Shown piece after piece: positions 32,483 through 36,614 of a stretch of 36,614 nt of DNA. The stretch comes from a virus. Within the stretch, counting starts at the first letter, position 1, and each line of letters begins with the position of its first letter. The notes below the pieces were generated by a model. The model ran no database searches and was not told the DNA's origin. It saw nothing but the letters and a program-made list of their open reading frames with translations. The stretch is taken from the IMG/VR virus record IMGVR_UViG_3300042804_000010. One strand, 5' to 3'. A program made the translations under genes and the position numbers.

Positions 32483-33070
32483 CTAAACAATCAGATATAT
32501 ATTAACATTAGTGCCGTTCATCGCGCTGTCTAATAATGCTGTGTTGTTTTCAATATTAGCAGAATCAACAGTAACAGTTGGGGCAGTTCCTTCAAGAGTG
32601 TTGTCGCGATAAGCTTTTAAAATTGTATTTCTTTCAAGTTTGTAAGGTAAACCTAACTTGTTTGCTACCCCTACTTGAATCTCATCAGCTCCGGCATTTG
32701 TTTCAACAGGCAACTCAATGCTTGTAACTGTTTTAAAAGCTTTATTTCCCTGAACTTCTACATCTCCATTAAGAACAAATGTTTCGCTTATTGCGTTATC
32801 ATCAATGTCTGTTCCATTAACTACAATGTTGCCAACAACAGTTGCTGCATTTGCTTTTACTTTTAAGTTTCTGGGAATATCAGGATCGGTGATGTTTTCT
32901 GTAATTGTTTGAGTTTCAGCAGTTAATGCAGTGGTTCCTAAAACTCCTGCAATGTCTTGAGCTTCTACTAATCCTAAATCTAATTCAGCAATAGCTTTTA
33001 GTTTTTCGCTAGTTCCGGCATCATTTTTAACTTTTCTATCAAGTTTATGATTCAATGCTACATAACTCAT
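32483..33070 (-). CDS. Hypothetical capsid-associated protein (possible decoration/fibre)
   Basis: 195-aa Thr/Asn/Val-rich beta protein directly downstream of the major capsid gene. Confidence 0.4.
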   Translation of the reverse strand: MSYVALNHKLDRKVKNDAGTSEKLKAIAELDLGLVEAQDIAGVLGTTALTAETQTITENITDPDIPRNLKVKANAATVVGNIVVNGTDIDDNAISETFVLNGDVEVQGNKAFKTVTSIELPVETNAGADEIQVGVANKLGLPYKLERNTILKAYRDNTLEGTAPTVTVDSANIENNTALLDSAMNGTNVNIYLIV

Positions 33071-33132
33071 TTATTTATCACTCCCTTAAAAAAGGACTGA
33101 CATTTGCCAGCCCTTTAATTATTTTTAATTAT

Positions 33133-34275
33133 TTATCCTTTTTTGACTCTTAAGAAACCATTTTTAGCTGTAACATTACCGCCAGAAAATACTACTCCTC
33201 TATGAGCAATCATACCTTCTTTAAATTTATAATCTGTGGAACGCTTAACTTCCATTTCAGAGAAAATAGCCATTGTGTAATTACTTAATGGACCATAAGC
33301 CATGGAATACTGTCCAGCTGTTACAGCACCATCGGAAATAGCATTACAAGCGCTATTAATAACATATGGAACTCCATCAATTGTTCCAGTATTGCCATTA
33401 TGAACTACATCGTAAACTTTTGTACCATCAGTATGTCTTAATGTAGCAAATTCTTTTAAATCTAATTTATTTAAAATTAATACAGCTTGATCTTCTACAT
33501 CTTCATCTCCACCAAAGCTATAAATAATTTCATCAAGAGTATTTTCGTCGATAGAAGCCATCGATTTATCAGTTGCTCCATCAATAGCAGTTGCTCCATC
33601 ATCAAAAATTCCTACAAAATGACCAGTAGTTCCATTACCAATAAGAATTTCTTTAGTAATTTTCTTTCTAGTCGCAGTAGAAATTCCTTTCATTACTTCT
33701 GCATCATAATCAGCTGCAGGTAACTTTTGAAGTTCTTCTGTATCTTCAGCATAAGCTGTAATTTTAGTTTTATTAATTGTAGCATAATTAAAAGAAGGCT
33801 CAGCATCAGTAGGCAATCCTTCTTCATCAGTGTATCCGCCTTCGCCATAACCAACTAGATAAGGCTGTTCATAGCTTTCTCCGCCCATTAAAGGCTTAAT
33901 GTTAACTCTATCAATTAAGCTTGAAACTTCATTAAAAGTCGGCTTAATATCGGTAGCTTTATGTTCTGGCAATAGAACATTAGAAGTGCTGACTGTAACA
34001 GATCTTTTTTCCATTAAGTCCTTGCCTCTTTTTTCAGCTTTATCAACTTCTGGAGGCTCTTCTTTGCCTTCTGCAATAAATCTGCCTTCAATTTCACCAT
34101 CTTTAATTTTTTTTGCTATTTTTTGGCGCTTTTCTTTCTCAATTAAGTCCGCTTTTTCATCCTGAAGCTCTCTCACTTCTTTTTCTAAAGCATCAATATC
34201 AACATTTTCATCTTCAGCAGTTAACTTTTCCCTAATCTCTGCTAATCTTTTTTCAATTTCTTTTAATCTATCCAT
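33133..34275 (-). CDS. Major capsid protein (HK97 fold)
   Basis: 380 aa; N-terminal coiled-coil delta-like region followed by a capsid domain; follows the prohead protease gene. Confidence 0.85.
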   Translation of the reverse strand: MDRLKEIEKRLAEIREKLTAEDENVDIDALEKEVRELQDEKADLIEKEKRQKIAKKIKDGEIEGRFIAEGKEEPPEVDKAEKRGKDLMEKRSVTVSTSNVLLPEHKATDIKPTFNEVSSLIDRVNIKPLMGGESYEQPYLVGYGEGGYTDEEGLPTDAEPSFNYATINKTKITAYAEDTEELQKLPAADYDAEVMKGISTATRKKITKEILIGNGTTGHFVGIFDDGATAIDGATDKSMASIDENTLDEIIYSFGGDEDVEDQAVLILNKLDLKEFATLRHTDGTKVYDVVHNGNTGTIDGVPYVINSACNAISDGAVTAGQYSMAYGPLSNYTMAIFSEMEVKRSTDYKFKEGMIAHRGVVFSGGNVTAKNGFLRVKKG

Positions 34276-34290
34276 TATTTAATCATCTCC

Positions 34291-34890
34291 TTAAATTTTT
34301 GTTAGTAACTTAACTTTTCTTTTTTTCCTTTTCAACTTTTCTTTTTCTTTTTCAAGCTTTTCGAATGATCTAGCCGCAACTGATGTTGAATCATAGGCCG
34401 GAATGTCAACAGCTGATACATCATAAAGCCTTTTAACTTTTCTGACTGTCCTCAGATGTTCATCGGTATCATAACTATCTTCTTGAACAGAAAAAGCAAA
34501 AGACATCTTATCAATATATCCGCCTTTTATTTCTTCATAAAGTTTTCTGCCTTCTTCGGTGCCATCTAATTTAGCTTTGACATAAAGCCCATCTTCTTTG
34601 ACATTGAGTTCCAAAGTATCATTGCGAGTTCTAGCAACTACTTTGCCGCCATGGTTATAATTAAAGATTACATCTTCCATTTCGGCATCTTCAAAAGCTC
34701 TGGAGTCAATTTGCTCTTTGTAATCAATACCATTAAAGGAATAGAGAACTGTCGGATCGTCAAAAGAGCAGGCTTTCCCTTCAACAAACAATTCTTCATT
34801 TTCTTCATCAGCTCTGATTTCAAAACTAGCAAAATTGCGATAATCTCTATTTTGTTTAAGTTTCTCCTTCATCTTCTTCGGTATCGTCAT
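34291..34890 (-). CDS. Prohead protease (HK97 family)
   Basis: 199 aa, position between portal and major capsid genes; basic C-terminal tail; start may be an internal Met (overlaps the portal 3' end). Confidence 0.75.
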   Translation of the reverse strand: MTIPKKMKEKLKQNRDYRNFASFEIRADEENEELFVEGKACSFDDPTVLYSFNGIDYKEQIDSRAFEDAEMEDVIFNYNHGGKVVARTRNDTLELNVKEDGLYVKAKLDGTEEGRKLYEEIKGGYIDKMSFAFSVQEDSYDTDEHLRTVRKVKRLYDVSAVDIPAYDSTSVAARSFEKLEKEKEKLKRKKRKVKLLTKI

Positions 34891-36049
34891 CTACAAATTC
34901 ACCCCCTTCTACTGGTGCTGTATCTAATCGTCTAACTGGTTCGTCTCCGCCTTTGATTGGCCCTAAGTTCATAACACGCCTCCATTCATTCGGAGTTAAT
35001 GCTCCGCGGTCAACCATATTTAGTAAGTTAAGTTTTGTTTTCATCGAAGCATACTGTAAATTGGAAGCTTCAAAAATAATCTCGTTCCCGTAACCTCTTT
35101 CCCGTCTAGTAAAAAATATTTTTGTGAAAGCATTAGACAACTGAATTGCTATTGGTTCAATTTCAGATTCATAAAAGGAATTCCATTCATCTTCATCGTA
35201 GTTATTCATTACAATGTTTTCATTTACACCAAAATAAGCATATAGCCGCTTAATCGAACGGTCCATTTGAGCTGCGTTAGGAACATAGTCATTTGGCTCA
35301 ACTTGTTCTGCATCATAAGAAGGATCTGTGGCTGCAGCACCAACTTCATTTTCAACAGATAAATAGTTGTTAACAAACTCTTCAAGCTCGACTTTTTTAT
35401 CTTCTGGCCTAATCTTTGATTTGAACTTTAATAGCCAGCGAATAACTGCTCCATTTTTAATTGCATTTATGACTGAGTTATCTGTATTAGTTATTACATC
35501 CATTAAATTTTGCAAAGCTTGATAATGGCCATCTCCAAAAATGTCATTCTCATTAAAATCTTTTCTTAAATGAATAACATCTTCATAAGGCACAACTACA
35601 TACTTTCCAATTTGAAACCATAGCTTTAAATACATTTCATTTTGATGTTCAACTAATTGGACCTGGCTTGCTGGGATCGGATATAATGCCTCAACTCTTT
35701 GTTGATCGTCTCTATCTACATAAGCAAAAGCATTATGATTTAACTCTCTTTGAATAACCATTTTAGAGAGAAAATCCTGCATGCTCATATAAGGATTAGG
35801 ATTCTGCAAAACTTCTCTTATCTTTGGCCTGTCATTAACTTTTATATTTTCGCCACTTCCCTCAATGTGTTTTGGATTAAGTTTTCCTATTGCATCTGAT
35901 TTTGGCCTTATACAAGCCCTTACTATATCGTTCTGCCAAACATCACCAGACCAGGGAGAAAAATAATTATTAGATGAACTGATTAACTTAAAAGCTTGAG
36001 TGGTTTTATTAGTTTTCCCGCCTCCGAATATCTTGTCAAATAACCCCAA
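34856..36049 (-). CDS. Portal protein (HK97 family)
   Basis: 397 aa immediately downstream of terL; acidic C-terminus DDDTEEDEGET. Confidence 0.85.
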   Translation of the reverse strand: MGLFDKIFGGGKTNKTTQAFKLISSSNNYFSPWSGDVWQNDIVRACIRPKSDAIGKLNPKHIEGSGENIKVNDRPKIREVLQNPNPYMSMQDFLSKMVIQRELNHNAFAYVDRDDQQRVEALYPIPASQVQLVEHQNEMYLKLWFQIGKYVVVPYEDVIHLRKDFNENDIFGDGHYQALQNLMDVITNTDNSVINAIKNGAVIRWLLKFKSKIRPEDKKVELEEFVNNYLSVENEVGAAATDPSYDAEQVEPNDYVPNAAQMDRSIKRLYAYFGVNENIVMNNYDEDEWNSFYESEIEPIAIQLSNAFTKIFFTRRERGYGNEIIFEASNLQYASMKTKLNLLNMVDRGALTPNEWRRVMNLGPIKGGDEPVRRLDTAPVEGGEFVDDDTEEDEGET

Positions 36050-36060
36050 ATAATCACCTC

Positions 36061-36614
36061 CTAAATCATGTTTTCATACTCTTGCATTTTGTCTTGGAGT
36101 ATCACATAAGCATTAAGCATTGCAGCTGTACCATCAATTCTTTTTCTTTGATTACGCTGCTTTGCGGGTTGTATATTAAGATTTTTATCTATATCAACTG
36201 AGGTATTACTCAAACACCATTTAGTTATTGGATTGTTGTCATAATTAATTTTATGAGCTTTTAAATCAGCCCCCAGTTGTTTCATTGGTCCTGATAATGT
36301 TTTTTTACCCTGGATAACTGGAATCATTGCTTCTTTACCAAAATGACCTTGCATTTCCTCAACCCAGTAATTAGCACTCCAGGAGTCATAACCAATCCAG
36401 GGAATATAAATATCTAATTCATTTTGGACCTCTAAATACCACCGAGTAACAAATTTCGGATGCACTTTGTTGCCTGGAGTGGTTCTCATATAACCTTGTT
36501 TAACCCACTGGTCATAAGGAATTTTATCTTCTCTGGAACGCTGCTCTAATAAATCTTCTGGCAGCCAATACATAGATAAACAATATATTGTCGGATCATC
36601 TGGAAGCATAAAAA
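36061..36614 (-). CDS. terL: Terminase large subunit, C-terminal (nuclease) portion; 5' part is at 1-1403
   Basis: Track ORF 36061..36609 is in frame with the manually translated ORF ending at window position 1; 36488-36614 duplicates 1-127. Confidence 0.85.
   Translation of the reverse strand, partial: FMLPDDPTIYCLSMYWLPEDLLEQRSREDKIPYDQWVKQGYMRTTPGNKVHPKFVTRWYLEVQNELDIYIPWIGYDSWSANYWVEEMQGHFGKEAMIPVIQGKKTLSGPMKQLGADLKAHKINYDNNPITKWCLSNTSVDIDKNLNIQPAKQRNQRKRIDGTAAMLNAYVILQDKMQEYENMI

Noticed and set aside
1-36614. CRISPR array or other regularly spaced repeat array
   Set aside because: No series of near-identical 25-40 bp repeats with unique spacers was seen; the only tandem repeats are the short iteron-like and 11-bp repeats listed above.

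Overview
The window reads as a complete, circularly assembled temperate siphovirus genome of about 36,487 bp from a low-GC (Firmicutes-like) host; positions 1-127 are identical to 36488-36614, so the terminase large-subunit gene is split across the window ends. Almost all genes are on the minus strand. In transcription order they are: a late regulatory/packaging block (ArpU-like candidate, HNH endonuclease, GC-rich candidate cos site, terS, terL), an HK97-like head module (portal, prohead protease, major capsid, connector, adaptor, gp10-like), a tail module (major tail protein, chaperone with a candidate -1 frameshift, 976-aa tape measure, lambda M/L/K/J-like tip proteins), a diversity-generating retroelement (C-type-lectin-fold target with C-terminal VR, avd, TR, reverse transcriptase), and a lysis cassette (XhlA-like, M15 peptidase, holin). 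A plus-strand lysogeny island (12.8-16.7 kb) carries a LexA-like CI repressor, a secreted protein, a small membrane protein, a tyrosine integrase and a three-gene cassette behind a consensus promoter. It is bounded by a Cro-like gene with an AntA antirepressor and by a tRNA-Arg(UCU) 3' fragment that is the likely attP core. The early region (2-12 kb, minus strand) encodes SSB, a DnaD-like replication protein with internal iteron-like repeats, a VRR-NUC nuclease and many small Cys-rich proteins. The most notable system is the DGR: a 117-bp TR/VR pair with 15 mismatches, all at TR adenines. All protein family calls are from motif recognition by eye; no database search was run.
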